From Pirellulales bacterium (GTDB taxonomy: Bacteria > Planctomycetota > Planctomycetia > Pirellulales > PALSA-1355), in the NCBI GenBank assembly GCA_963733035.1, contig CAVTBU010000007.1:687710-751709 (forward strand): a stretch of 64,000 bases of DNA, written 5' to 3'. The notes under the pieces are model-generated. The model searched no databases and was not told where the DNA came from. It saw only the letters and a list, made by a program, of their open reading frames with translations. Of the stretch, positions 11,689 through 22,779 are shown piece by piece (position 1 is the first letter of the stretch; each line of letters begins with the position of its first letter). The position numbers and the translations under genes are program-made.

Positions 11689-13101
11689 ATGAAACCAAAC
11701 GTTCTTCCAACGCGACGCAACTTCGTGCAGTCTGCCGTGGCGGGCTCGATGTTGATGCCCGGGATCTTGCATCGGCTGTTGGCCGAAGACGCGGCGCGAG
11801 CCGGCACCGTGGATCCGCTCGCACCCAGGCCGTCGCACTTTCCGGCAGCTGCCAAACACGTGATCTTTCTGTTCATGACGGGCGGAGTTTCGCACGTCGA
11901 TTCGTTCGATCACAAACCGCGGCTGTTTACGGACGTTGGAAAAGAGGTCAAGCTCGATCACCCGGAGATTCGAAATCGCCCCGGCTATGAGCGAATCTTT
12001 CTCAAGCGGCCGCAATGGGACTTCCACAAGCACGGCGCGTGTGGCACGGAAGTCAGCACGCTGTTTCCGCACCTTGCCGAGTGCGTAGACGATATTGCCG
12101 TGATCCGGTCGCTACATACCGACCACTCGAACCACTACAACGCCACGCTGGGCATGCACACGGGTTCGTTTGCCGCGGCGCGCCCCAGCATCGGATCGTG
12201 GGTGAGCTATGGTCTTGGAACCGAGAATCACAACCTGCCGTCGTTCATGACCATCGCGCCGGCTCAAACCTACGCAGGTACGCAGGTCTACGCAAGCGAC
12301 TTCCTCCCCGGAGCCCATCAAGGAACCTTGGTGGTTCCCGGCGATGAACCGATCGCCAACGTTCGGCCGCAAGTCACGCGCGATTCGCAACAACTCGAGT
12401 TGGCGGCGCTGGAACGCATGAACGGCCGGCATTTGGCGACTCGGGCGGCCGATCCGCAGTTGACGGCTCGCATCAAAACGTTCGAAACGGCATTTGGAAT
12501 GCAAACCGCCGTGCCGGAGTGCTTCGACCTGTCTCGCGAGTCCGGTGAGACATTGGCCATGTACGGACTCGAGCCGGGTAGCACGAGCGGGTTTGCCTGG
12601 CAATGCATGATGGCCCGGCGATTGGTCGAGCGCGGTGTGCGATTCGTCGAATTGATCGACACCGGCTCATCTGGGAATTGGGATTCCCATGGCGACATGA
12701 TGGACCATGGCCGATTGGCGAAAAATGTCGACCAGCCAATTGCGGCACTCCTAAAGGACCTCAAACAACGTGGCCTGTTTGACGAGACGCTGGTGGTCTG
12801 GACGACCGAGTTCGGCCGCACGCCGTTCAACAACCAGGCCGACGCCAAGGGTCGCGAGCACCATAACTGGGCGTTCAGTTCCTGGCTGGCTGGAGCCGGC
12901 GTGCGCCGCGGAGTCGTGCATGGCGAAACGGACGAGTACGGCATTCGCGTCGCGCGCGATCCGGTGCATGTGCACGATTTTCATGCCACGATTCTGCACC
13001 TGATGGGCCTCGATCACACGAGGCTTACTTATCGTCACAGCGGCCGCGATTTTCGCTTGACCGACGTGCACGGCAATGTCGTCCACGATATTCTGATATA
13101 A
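11689..13101 (+). CDS. DUF1501 domain protein
   Basis: Tat-like TRRNFV, IFLFMTGGVSHVDSFD, RPSIGSWVSYGLG, TEFGRTP, RLTDVHG. Usual partner of the PSD1 protein. Confidence 0.92.
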   Translation: MKPNVLPTRRNFVQSAVAGSMLMPGILHRLLAEDAARAGTVDPLAPRPSHFPAAAKHVIFLFMTGGVSHVDSFDHKPRLFTDVGKEVKLDHPEIRNRPGYERIFLKRPQWDFHKHGACGTEVSTLFPHLAECVDDIAVIRSLHTDHSNHYNATLGMHTGSFAAARPSIGSWVSYGLGTENHNLPSFMTIAPAQTYAGTQVYASDFLPGAHQGTLVVPGDEPIANVRPQVTRDSQQLELAALERMNGRHLATRAADPQLTARIKTFETAFGMQTAVPECFDLSRESGETLAMYGLEPGSTSGFAWQCMMARRLVERGVRFVELIDTGSSGNWDSHGDMMDHGRLAKNVDQPIAALLKDLKQRGLFDETLVVWTTEFGRTPFNNQADAKGREHHNWAFSSWLAGAGVRRGVVHGETDEYGIRVARDPVHVHDFHATILHLMGLDHTRLTYRHSGRDFRLTDVHGNVVHDILI

Positions 13102-13159
13102 GCCCTCCGATTGCATCCTGCCCCGCCAACCTACCTACAGTAAGCAGCGAGATTTTCCG

Positions 13160-16100
13160 ATGTCGAAGCAACTTTTAGCTGCCTGGATGTTCGTAATGGC
13201 GTGTGTCTCGGCGACTCGCGCGGACCAACCGGCCGCGGATGCCTTCGTGAAACTCGGCACCGAATACACCGAGCAAACGCACGCGCTGCTGGCGACATAC
13301 TGTCTCGATTGTCACGCCACGGCGAGTCCCGAAGGAGAACTGGACCTGGAGCAATTCGCAAGCCTGGGAGATGTCCGCCGGCAGACCAGGGTTTGGCTCA
13401 AAGTGGCAGAGATGCTCGACAATGGCGAAATGCCCCCCAAGGACGCCGAACAGCCATCGGCCGAACAAAGGCAGCAACTGCGCGGCTGGGTCAAGCGGTA
13501 TCTGGACGCCGAGGCGCTGGCCAGCGCCGGGGATCCTGGCCCGGTCGTGCTGCGGAGGTTGAACAATGCCCAATACACCTACACGGTTCGCGATCTGACC
13601 GGAGTCGCGCTCGACCCGGCGAAAGAGTTCCCGACCGACAGTGCCGCGGGCGAGGGCTTCACGAACACCGGCGCGGCGCTGGTTATGTCCCCTGCCCTGC
13701 TCACAAAGTATCTCGATGCCGGGAAAAAGATCGCCGAGCACGCGGTGCTCCTTCCAGATGGTTTCGGTTTTTCGCCCGCCACCTCCCGGCGCGACTGGAC
13801 TAATGAAAGGCTGGCGGGCATTCGAGAGATCTATCGTCGCTATACCGAAGACGCCGGCGCCACCGAGGTGCACTTACAGGGGCTGGCCTGGGAAACAAAC
13901 AAAGGCGGTCGCTTGCCGCTCGAAAAATATTTGAGCGCCACCCTTGCCGAACGCGAGGCGTTGGATGCCGGCAACAAGACGATTGCTGATGTCGCCAGCG
14001 CGCGGCCTGAATGCCAAGTACCTGGCGTCGCTATGGAATTTGCTGCACGCCGACGACGAGTCGCAACTCGTTGCCGCGATTCGCAAACGTTGGCGCACCG
14101 CTAAAGTCGAGGATGCCGGGGCACTGACGGCGGAGATTGCCCGTTGGCAGCAGGCGCTCGTCAACTTCCAAAGCGTGGGACACATGAAGTCGTGGATGCA
14201 CCCCGTCGACCCACTCGTCGGCCGGCAAGAGGTGCGCGTCAAGATTTCGCAGCCAGCCAATGGAAATGAGGTAACGCTGTACCTGGCCGCGGGTACGGCG
14301 GCTGACGGTTCCGAGTCGGATCTCGTCGTCTGGGAAAGCCCACGGCTGGTTGCACCGGGCAGGCCAGACCTGCTGCTCCGCGACGTACGGAGCGTGGCTC
14401 ACATCTTGGCTGGGCACCGCGAGCGTTTTTTTAAAGCGACCGCGCAAGCCCTGGTAGCCGTCGACGAGGTGGTTAGATCGAACGACGAGGCGAATGTCAG
14501 CGAATTGGCGAGGAAACACAAGGTTGACGACGATGTTCTCACCGCGTGGCTCAACTATCTGGGAGTCGGCGTGGTGGGTGAGTTGAAGCTCGAGCACTTG
14601 ACCGGTCGCATCGAATCGTCGGCCGGATATGAATTTGCCAAAGGCTGGGGATCCAACGCAACGCCAAATCTTGTGGCAAACTCGTCCGATCAGCACGTGC
14701 GGATTCCCGGCAACCTCAAGCCACACGGCGTCGTCGTGCATCCCTCGCCCACGCTCTATGTGGCGGCGGGCTGGCAGAGCCCGATCACCGACACGATCAA
14801 AATCGCCGGGCAAGTTACGCACGCCCATCCCGAGTGCGGCAATGGGGTTACCTGGACCCTGGAACTCATGCGCGGCCGCACTCGACAAACGCTGGCCAAT
14901 GGTGTCGCAGCTGGCGGAAAACCAGTCGACTTTGGGCCGATTGAAAACCTTGCCGTACGAACGGGCGATCTTGTGTCGCTGCTTATCGGGCCGCGCGACG
15001 GCAATCACTCCTGTGATTTGACTGACATCGAACTAACGCTCGCGAGCATCGACGGCCAGAAGGCGTGGAGTCTTGCCGAGGATGTTTCCGGCGACGTGCT
15101 CGCGGGCAACCCGCACGCTGACCGGCAGGGCAACGCGGGAGTGTGGCATTTCTACACGCGCGCCGTGCAAGGGGGTGATACCGGGGCGACGATCCCGGCC
15201 GGCTCACTCTTGGCACGGTGGCAAGCCGCGGCGTCGATCGCTGAAAAGCAAACGCTTGCCGAGCAGGTACAGACGCTTTTGACTGGAGGACCGCCCGCAG
15301 AGCCAGACCACCCTGACGCCCAACTCTACCGGCAGCTTACGTCTCTTGGGGGCCCCTTATTTGCCGAAGCTCTGGCGGAATCCGTTGCGTCGACAAGCGC
15401 AGCCCCACTTGCCGCGGACGCCACGTTCGGTCTCGATCCGCGAAAGTTTGGCCATCGCGACGACGGGTCCGCAATCGAGCCGGCGAGTCTTTCAATGCGA
15501 GCGCCTGACGTTCTGGAAATTAAACTCCCGGCCGACCTGGTGGCTGATTCGGAGTTTATTGCAACGGCGGTCATCGATCCCACCACGGCGGCCAATGGAG
15601 CCGTGCAAGTCGTGGCCAGCCTGACGAAACCAGAGGATTTGGACTCGCTTCGCCCGGACGCGCCGGTTCTGGCGGCCGACGGAACGCCGGCCCGCAAACG
15701 GTTTGAACAGGCGTTCGCCGATTTTCGCGAGTGGTTCCCGCGGGCACTTTGCTACGTGCAAATCGTACCCGTCGATGAAGTGATCACCCTCACGTTGTTC
15801 CATCGCGAGGACGAGCCGTTGCAACGGCTGATGTTGAGCGACGAGGAGCGGACGCAGCTCGATCGGCTGTGGACTGAGTTACACTTCGTCAGCCAGGATG
15901 CGTTTATGCGGGTGGATGCTTTTCAGCAACTTTTGGAATACGCCTCGCAAGACAGCGATCCGGGATTGTTCGAACAATACCGCAAGCCGATTTATGATCG
16001 AGCAGCCGCCTATCGGCAGGAACTGATCGACGCTGAACCGCGGCAGCTGGAAAAGCTGATCGAATTTGCCGCCCAAGCCTACCGGCGTCCGCTTTCCGAG

Positions 16101-17316
16101 CAAGAAACTGCCGAGTTTCGAGCGCTCTACAAGGAACTTCGCGAGGAGGAATTGCCGCACGACGAGGCGTTCCGCTTCCTGATGGCTCGAGTGTTTGTAT
16201 CGCCGGCATTTCTCTATCGATTGGAACAGGCCGCGCCGGGCACTGAGCCGGGACCGGTGTCTGACTGGGAACTGGCCAGTCGACTCAGCTATTTCCTTTG
16301 GTCGTCGCTCCCTGACGAGTCACTTCGCGCAGCGGCCGCGGCGGGCAACTTGAGCGAACCGGAAGTGCTTTTGTCGCAAACGCACCGGATGCTCGCCGAC
16401 GCGCGCGTTCGGCGAATGGCCAAAGAGTTCGCCTGCCAGTGGTTGCATATTTACGAATTCGACTCGCTCGACGAAAAGAGCGAAAGTCATTTTCCGGAGT
16501 TCGCCGGGCTGCGCAGATATGTATGAGGAAGCCATTCGCTTCTTCACCGATTTGTTTCAGAACGACGGATCGGTGCTCAGCATTCTGGATGCGGACTACG
16601 TCTTCGTGAACGAGCCCCTGGCCAGGTTTTACGGAATCCCTGGCGTGAGCGGTCCGGAGTGGCGCCGCGTTGACGGCGCGGGACAATATCAGCGCGGTGG
16701 CATCCTGGCCTTGGCCGCCACGTTGACGAAACATTCCGGCGCCTCGCGAACCAGCCCAACCCTGCGGGGTAATTGGGTTTCGGAGGTGCTGCTGGGCGAG
16801 AAGCTGCCCAAGCCGCCCAAGGACGTGCCCCAGTTGCCCGACGACGAGGCTGCGATCAAGGATCTGACGGTCCGTCAGCTGGTGGAAAAACATGCCAGCG
16901 ACGTTCGCTGCTCGGGCTGCCACGTGCGGGTCGATCCAATTGGTTTTTCGCTCGAGGCGTTCGATACCATCGGTCGCCATCGCGAGAAGGACCTGGCTGG
17001 TAGAACGATTGACGTGCACACCAAGCTTGCCGACGGCACGGAAATGGAAGGAGTCGCGGGCTTGAGAAACTACCTGCTCACCACGCGGCGAGAGGCCGTG
17101 TTACGTCAATTCTGTCGTAAGCTATTGGGCTATGCCTTAGGGCGTGGCGTGCAACTTTCCGACGAACCGCTCATCGACCAGATGCAGCAGGAGTTGGCTG
17201 CCCGCGATTACCATTTTTCGGCCGCCATCGAGGCGATCGTTCGCAGTCCGCAGTTCCTTGAGATTCGCGGCAGGGATGCCCAGTTTCCAGACAGCGTCGC
17301 AGCGGACTCGCACTAA
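13160..17316 (+). CDS. DUF1592/DUF1587/DUF1588/DUF1595/DUF1585 protein with N-terminal cytochrome c (frameshifts at ~14000 and ~16515)
   Basis: CLDCH, LRRLNNAQY, SPAFLYR, ELASRLSYFLWSSLPD, RTSPTLRGNW, CSGCH, KLLGYALGR across three frames. Confidence 0.88.
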
Positions 17317-17403
17317 ACAGTACGGACTTTTTGAAAACAGATTTCCCTGAACCAAGCAATTGATCCATAATAAAACCCAGTGCCGACCGGCAAACATGCG
17401 AGG

Positions 17404-18714
17404 ATGAAGATGAATATCCACCAACTATCGCGACGGACGTTTTTGCGGGGAATTGGCGTCAGCATGGCCCTGCCGTGGCTCGAATCGCTGCCGGTGTGGG
17501 GCGACGAGGTGACTGGGACCAGCGGCGGAAGCCAGGCGCCCGTGCGGTTCGCCGCCTTGTTTGCCGGCAATGGTTTTCACAGCCGCGAGTGGTGGGCCGA
17601 GGGCCAGGGTCGTGATCTGAAAGTCGGCAAGGTGCTCGAGCCGGTGGCCGACTTCCGCGAGAAGATGCTGTTCATTCGTGGGCTGTACAACGAAGAAGCC
17701 CTCAAGGGCAACATTCACAGTTCGCAAACAGGCAACTTGCTGTCCGGAGCGCCGTTGGCCTCGGGCGGCGAAATCCGTTCCGGCACGAGCATCGACCAGG
17801 TGATCGCGCAGCAGCAAGGGCGCGCGACCAAGGTGCCCAGCCTGGTCCTAGGGTGCGAAAAGTCGAATCCCTCGGTGCACAAGAATTACTCGATGCTCTA
17901 CAGCTCGCACATTTCGTGGAGCTCGCCAACGGCGCCGACGCCGCTGGAATTGTACCCGGCCTTGGCGTTCGATCGCTTGTTCAAAGATGAAATTCAACGC
18001 GGCGACCAAAGCGTGCTGGATGCGGTGATGGAAGACGCCCAAGACATCCGCCGCCAGATTAGCACGGCCGACCAGCGCAAGCTCGACGAGTATCTCGACT
18101 CGGTGCGCGAAGTGGAGCAGCGGATCGAGCAAGCCGGCGAAAAGGGGGAACTGCAAGGATGGCGACCGACACTCTCGGCGCCGAACATTCCTCGCCCGGC
18201 CGATGGCATTCCGCAGAACATTGCCGAGCATATGCGGCTGATGTGCGACATTCTGGTGTTGGGCTTCCAAACCGATACCACCCGGGTCTGCACGCTCAAG
18301 CTCAATAACGACCACAGTTCACTGCGATTCCCGCATCTGGGTGTGGACTACATGATCCACCACCTGCTGTCGCATTCCGACACAGCCGACTGGCTGAAGG
18401 TGAATCAGTTCTTCCTCGAGCAGTTGGGCTACATCGCTCGCAAGCTCGATGCGATTCAAGAAGGCGAGCGAACGGCGCTCGACAACTCGATGCTGCTGTT
18501 TTGTTCGAGCATGATGACCGGCGGTCACGATGCCACGAAGCTGCCGGTGGTCGTCTTGGGGCGCGGCGGCGGTAAGATGGAGACCGGCCGCGTGCTCGAC
18601 TATCTCGAGAAGCCGAACCGAAAGATGTGCAGCCTATACTTGTCGCTCCTCGACAAGGCGGGCATCCACCTCAAGCAATTCGGCGACTCCCAGGAACGCC
18701 TGGCCGAGGTGTAA
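17404..18714 (+). CDS. DUF1552 domain protein
   Basis: SRRTFLRGIGVSMALPWLES, SIDQVIA, ISWSS, KLDEYLDSVREVE, FGDS. Usual partner of DUF1592. Confidence 0.9.
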   Translation: MKMNIHQLSRRTFLRGIGVSMALPWLESLPVWGDEVTGTSGGSQAPVRFAALFAGNGFHSREWWAEGQGRDLKVGKVLEPVADFREKMLFIRGLYNEEALKGNIHSSQTGNLLSGAPLASGGEIRSGTSIDQVIAQQQGRATKVPSLVLGCEKSNPSVHKNYSMLYSSHISWSSPTAPTPLELYPALAFDRLFKDEIQRGDQSVLDAVMEDAQDIRRQISTADQRKLDEYLDSVREVEQRIEQAGEKGELQGWRPTLSAPNIPRPADGIPQNIAEHMRLMCDILVLGFQTDTTRVCTLKLNNDHSSLRFPHLGVDYMIHHLLSHSDTADWLKVNQFFLEQLGYIARKLDAIQEGERTALDNSMLLFCSSMMTGGHDATKLPVVVLGRGGGKMETGRVLDYLEKPNRKMCSLYLSLLDKAGIHLKQFGDSQERLAEV

Positions 18715-18836
18715 ATCGCGGATAGCGGATTTCAGCGTTTCCGCGAGCACAACCCGGCTCAGAAGAGATAGTTGGCCAACACCTGTTCGGCCTAGGAGGA
18801 GTCGTTGCAACGTTCCTTGCAATATGACACGCTAAC

Positions 18837-18909
18837 TGCTCCCTGATGGACTTGAACCATCAACCCTCTGATTAAGAGTCAGATGCTCTGCCAATTGAGC
18901 TAAGGGAGC
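18837..18909 (-). tRNA. tRNA-Lys(CTT)
   Basis: Reverse complement GCTCCCTTAGCTCAATTGGCAGAGCATCTGACTCTTAATCAGAGGGTTGATGGTTCAAGTCCATCAGGGAGCA folds as a 73-nt cloverleaf. CCA is not encoded. Confidence 0.95.
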
Positions 18910-19060
18910 TTGGGTGGGCACGAGCGCGGCGCTCACGTCCAAGGCTTATGGTACCTAACGTCGGCAGCCGGACAAGGGGGCAGCCGGGTTTTTGCCGCGT
19001 GGATGAACCCGAATGTCGAGCGTGGCGAGGACTCCAGTGGCACACGTCGAGTTGGTCTCG

Positions 19061-21004
19061 TCAGTCGGAAGCATCGCTGGTGGGCAGCCCAAGTTGGCGC
19101 ATTTTCCGATACAGGTTCGAACGGTGCAGCCCCATCCGATTGGCGGCCTCGCTCATATTGCCCCGGGCGCGCTGGATATTCTTCTTGATGTAATCGATTT
19201 GGAACTGATCGGTCGCCTCCGACAGTGGCAAATCAAGGTTCACCAGCGCCGGGCTCTCGCCAGCGGGGTTCAAAATGAAGGCCAGGTCTTCCGCCTCGAC
19301 ACGCTCGCCCGGTAGCAGATAGGCGAGACGCTCCATCAAGTTGCGCAGCTCGCGAACGTTGCCTGGCCACGAGTGCCCGGTAAGACGCGTGCGTGCGGCC
19401 GCCGAGAATTTCAATCGCCGGCGATGCGCCTTGCGGCAAAAGCCGTCGAGAAAGTGTTCGGCCAACAGCATCACGTCGTCGCCGCGCTCCCGCAGAGCCG
19501 GCAAGCCGAGCGTGACGACATTCAACCGGAAGTAGAGATCCTGGCGAAATCGCTTTTGACGGACCATCTCGGCGAGGTCCTGATTGGTTGCCGCGATGAC
19601 TCGGGCATCGGTATGGATCGGCCTTGATCCGCCGACTCGAACCACCACCTTTTCTTCCAGCACGCGGAGCAGCTTTGCCTGGCCACCGAGACTCAAGTCG
19701 CCGATCTCGTCCAGAAACAACGTGCCGCCGGAGGCCAATTCGAATTTACCGGCGTGACTCTCGTGGGCATCGGTAAAGGCTCCCTTTTCGTGGCCAAACA
19801 GCTCGCTTTCCAGCAGCGTTTCGGTGAGGGCCGCGCAATTGACCGCCACGAATGGCTCAGCACGGCGCTTGCTCAGGTAATGAATCGATTGAGCGACGAC
19901 TTCCTTGCCGGTGCCGTTTTCACCCAGAATCAGGACTGCGAGATCCGTTCCGGCCACGCGACTGATCGTCGAACGCAGGGCCTCGATCGCCGGACTTTGA
20001 CCGACCAACGACACGCTTTCAGCCGCCTGGTCGACGATGTGTTGATGCCGTGAAAGAAGCTGCCCAAAGTGCTGGGTGTTCTCCAGGGCGACGGCGGCAT
20101 GTGCGGCCAATTCGACGAGGTCCTCCTCGTCCGTGGCGGTGAATTCGCCAGAGTGCTTGTTGAGCACTTCGAATGCGCCGAGGATTTGCCCTTCGCTACC
20201 GTGAATGGGAACGCATAGTAGTGTGCGAGTTTGGTAATTCTGTGCGCGGTCGACGTGGCGATCGATCTCGGCGCCGTCGGTCAAACGAATGCGGCGCGTT
20301 TCGCCAGTTTGAACGACACTGCCAACGACACCCGCGTCGTCCGAAATACGAAGCTCATTGTCTTTCAGTCCCAGCGCAGGTCGTCCGACGAGCGTATGGT
20401 TCGGCCGATCCCACAGAAAAATGCTGGCCCGATCGGCGCGGAGCAACCGTGTCGCGGCTTCTGCCATTTGCACCAGCAACGGCTCCATGGCTCCGGCCTG
20501 GTTCCACGTGCCGGTGATTTGCACAATCGCCTCGAGGCGTTCCACGCGACGTCGGCATTGCTCGTTACGGCGTGCCATGGTCAAGGATTCGGCCAGCGCG
20601 GCTGACAGTAGGTTCAGTTCCGCAGGCGGTGATTCGGGCGCGTTGCTTCGCGAGAAGCAAAACGCAAGCACTTCGCTAGTGCTTGCTCGGGGTGCCAATG
20701 GCATGGCGACCCAAACGTCGTTGGATGTCAATTGTTCACGATCGAGCGCGTCGGCCAGCAGCGCGAACGGCAGCTTTCGCGGCCGGCCCGATTCGGCGAG
20801 TGTGGCCCAGTGGCCACCCTCGAACCGGATCAATGCGGCGAACTCAGCCACGGCGGTCTGCACGGCCACCGGCAGCGCCTGAGCCAGGAAGGCAGATGCC
20901 GTCTCAGCGACGTTTGCGCTGCGGAGCAGCTCAGCGACGACCCTATCTCCTTGTCTCATAATTGATTCAGAGATTCGTGACGCAGTGTCGGGAGTCGCCG
21001 GCAT
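19061..21004 (-). CDS. GAF-domain sigma-54-dependent Fis family activator
   Basis: GAF region, GENGTGKE, ESELFGHEKGAFTDA, FLDEIGD, WPGNVREL, C-terminal Fis HTH. Confidence 0.93.
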   Translation of the reverse strand: MPATPDTASRISESIMRQGDRVVAELLRSANVAETASAFLAQALPVAVQTAVAEFAALIRFEGGHWATLAESGRPRKLPFALLADALDREQLTSNDVWVAMPLAPRASTSEVLAFCFSRSNAPESPPAELNLLSAALAESLTMARRNEQCRRRVERLEAIVQITGTWNQAGAMEPLLVQMAEAATRLLRADRASIFLWDRPNHTLVGRPALGLKDNELRISDDAGVVGSVVQTGETRRIRLTDGAEIDRHVDRAQNYQTRTLLCVPIHGSEGQILGAFEVLNKHSGEFTATDEEDLVELAAHAAVALENTQHFGQLLSRHQHIVDQAAESVSLVGQSPAIEALRSTISRVAGTDLAVLILGENGTGKEVVAQSIHYLSKRRAEPFVAVNCAALTETLLESELFGHEKGAFTDAHESHAGKFELASGGTLFLDEIGDLSLGGQAKLLRVLEEKVVVRVGGSRPIHTDARVIAATNQDLAEMVRQKRFRQDLYFRLNVVTLGLPALRERGDDVMLLAEHFLDGFCRKAHRRRLKFSAAARTRLTGHSWPGNVRELRNLMERLAYLLPGERVEAEDLAFILNPAGESPALVNLDLPLSEATDQFQIDYIKKNIQRARGNMSEAANRMGLHRSNLYRKMRQLGLPTSDASD

Positions 21005-21290
21005 GACTCATTGTCCTCAGAGTGGGGCCAGTAATCTGCGGGAATGTGTATTCGTTTTAATATCTTCCTGGCGGAGAATGTCATCGATATGAAATAGTAA
21101 CGCCGGTCGCTCTGAAGTCAATTAGCTGCGAATTGCGAATCGTTTCGATTTCTTCCGCGCGACAAAATGTGCGCTGTAGGCGAAGTTGAGCGTTTAGCCT
21201 CAAAGCGTTATGTTTGGCGTCGTTCGACTTTGGACTTGCAACCAGCTTCGCATCCGGCCCGCTGCCGCCGGCCAGAATAAGGAGATTCGC

Positions 21291-22109
21291 ATGGGCGCGT
21301 TTGAGGGCAAAAAAGGTTTGATTCTCGGAGTGGCGAACGACCATTCGATCGCCTGGGCAATTGCCAAGTGTGTCATGGACCAGGGAGCCGTGTGTGGCTT
21401 TACTCACCTGCCTGACCGCCCGGACGACGAGCGCCAGCGGAATCGCCGCCGAGTGGCGATGCTCACGGACCCGACGCCAAGTGCCAAGTTCCTGGTCCCA
21501 CTCGACGTGCAAAACGACGACCAGATCAAGGAAGTGATGGCGACGGCTGGCAAAGAGTTCGGCAAGATCGACTTTTTGCTACACGCCATCGCATTTGCTT
21601 CCATGGAAGATCTGAAACGTGATACCGTCGAGACCAGCCGTAGCGGCTTTTTGATGGCGATGGAAATCAGCGCCTACAGTCTGCTTGCAGTAACCAATGC
21701 GGCCCGCGAGATTCTCAACGATGGGGCCGCGATTACCACGATGACCTACTTCGGCGGTGAAAAGGCTGTACCGGGTTACAACGTGATGGGCATTTGCAAG
21801 GCAGCGCTCGATTCTTCCGTAAAATACCTGGCGTACGACCTGGGACCGCGAGGGATTCGAGTTAACGCGCTTTCGGCCGGCCCGATACGGACGCTTGCCG
21901 GCCGCGGGGCCGGTGTCGAAGACATGCTGCAGTTCTACGAAAAAATGGCCCCCCTCGGACGCAACGTAACGCATGAAGAAGTCGGTCGGACCGGCGCGTT
22001 TCTGCTTTCGCCCGATTCAGATGGCATTACCGGCGAGATTCTGCACGTCGACTGTGGCTACAACATCATGGGCACTCCCGGCCGCTTGCTCGACGAGTTC
22101 AAGAAATGA
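21291..22109 (+). CDS. fabI: Enoyl-ACP reductase
   Basis: GVANDHSIAWAIA, YNVMGICK, SAGPIRTLA. AAGGAG RBS. Confidence 0.93.
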   Translation: MGAFEGKKGLILGVANDHSIAWAIAKCVMDQGAVCGFTHLPDRPDDERQRNRRRVAMLTDPTPSAKFLVPLDVQNDDQIKEVMATAGKEFGKIDFLLHAIAFASMEDLKRDTVETSRSGFLMAMEISAYSLLAVTNAAREILNDGAAITTMTYFGGEKAVPGYNVMGICKAALDSSVKYLAYDLGPRGIRVNALSAGPIRTLAGRGAGVEDMLQFYEKMAPLGRNVTHEEVGRTGAFLLSPDSDGITGEILHVDCGYNIMGTPGRLLDEFKK

Positions 22110-22522
22110 ACGTGCCGCCCGCTCCGGGAAGAGTGACACGCACCGAGATCGGCGTCGCGGTTGTTGAACACGAAGGCCGTTTTCTGATTGGGCTCAGACC
22201 CGCGGGTGGCCCACTCGCCGGATATTGGGAGTTCCCGGGCGGTAAATCTCGCGACGGTGAATCACCGCGGGACGCCGCCGTGCGCGAATGCCGCGAAGAG
22301 ACCGGTATTCGCGTGCGGGTCGTGGGGGAGTACCCGACGGCGAACTTTGACTACGACCACGGGGCCGTATGCTTGCATTTCTTTGCTTGCGAGCCGGTTG
22401 GTCCCAGCGCCAAATCGCTACCCGCGCGGCTGAAGTGGGTGACCCGCGAGGAACTTCGCGAACACACGTTTCCGCCAGCAAACGCGGCACTCCTCGAACA
22501 GTTGCATGCAACCGTTCGCTAG
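22106..22522 (+). CDS. MutT-like NUDIX hydrolase
   Basis: WEFPGGK...E....AAVRECREETG Nudix box, FPPAN. Overlaps the fabI stop (ATGA). Confidence 0.88.
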   Translation: MNVPPAPGRVTRTEIGVAVVEHEGRFLIGLRPAGGPLAGYWEFPGGKSRDGESPRDAAVRECREETGIRVRVVGEYPTANFDYDHGAVCLHFFACEPVGPSAKSLPARLKWVTREELREHTFPPANAALLEQLHATVR

Positions 22523-22693
22523 CGAGGCCGTTGGGAAGTGCCCTAGCAGCGTTTTCAAGAATTGGGGTAAAACTTGCAAAGTTTGATGGCTCGATTGCCG
22601 AGTCCGCGGCATCACCTTTGAACCCTCAATCCTCGGGCAAACAGCGCCCACCCAAGAGTTTAGGATTCGTTTTCCTTCCTGCCAGATGAACAA

Positions 22694-22709
22694 CGGCTCA
22701 GAACTTGCT
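22694..22709 (+). promoter_or_regulatory. Candidate sigma-54 promoter
   Basis: CGGCTCAGAACTTGCT (GG-N10-GC with TTGC) 70 bp upstream of the 22780 ATG. A second match, TGGGGTAAAACTTGCA, lies at 22563-22578. Confidence 0.4.
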
Positions 22710-22779
22710 TCCCCCCGGGCGCAGGCGGCTGCAGGGACGCAGCCAGAAGTTCTGACAGAGACTAAGGAGCTAGCCGAGC

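Noticed and set aside
3596..18836. Island integrated at the tRNA-Lys 3' end
   Set aside because: No integrase and no duplicated tRNA end found. Composition resembles the backbone.
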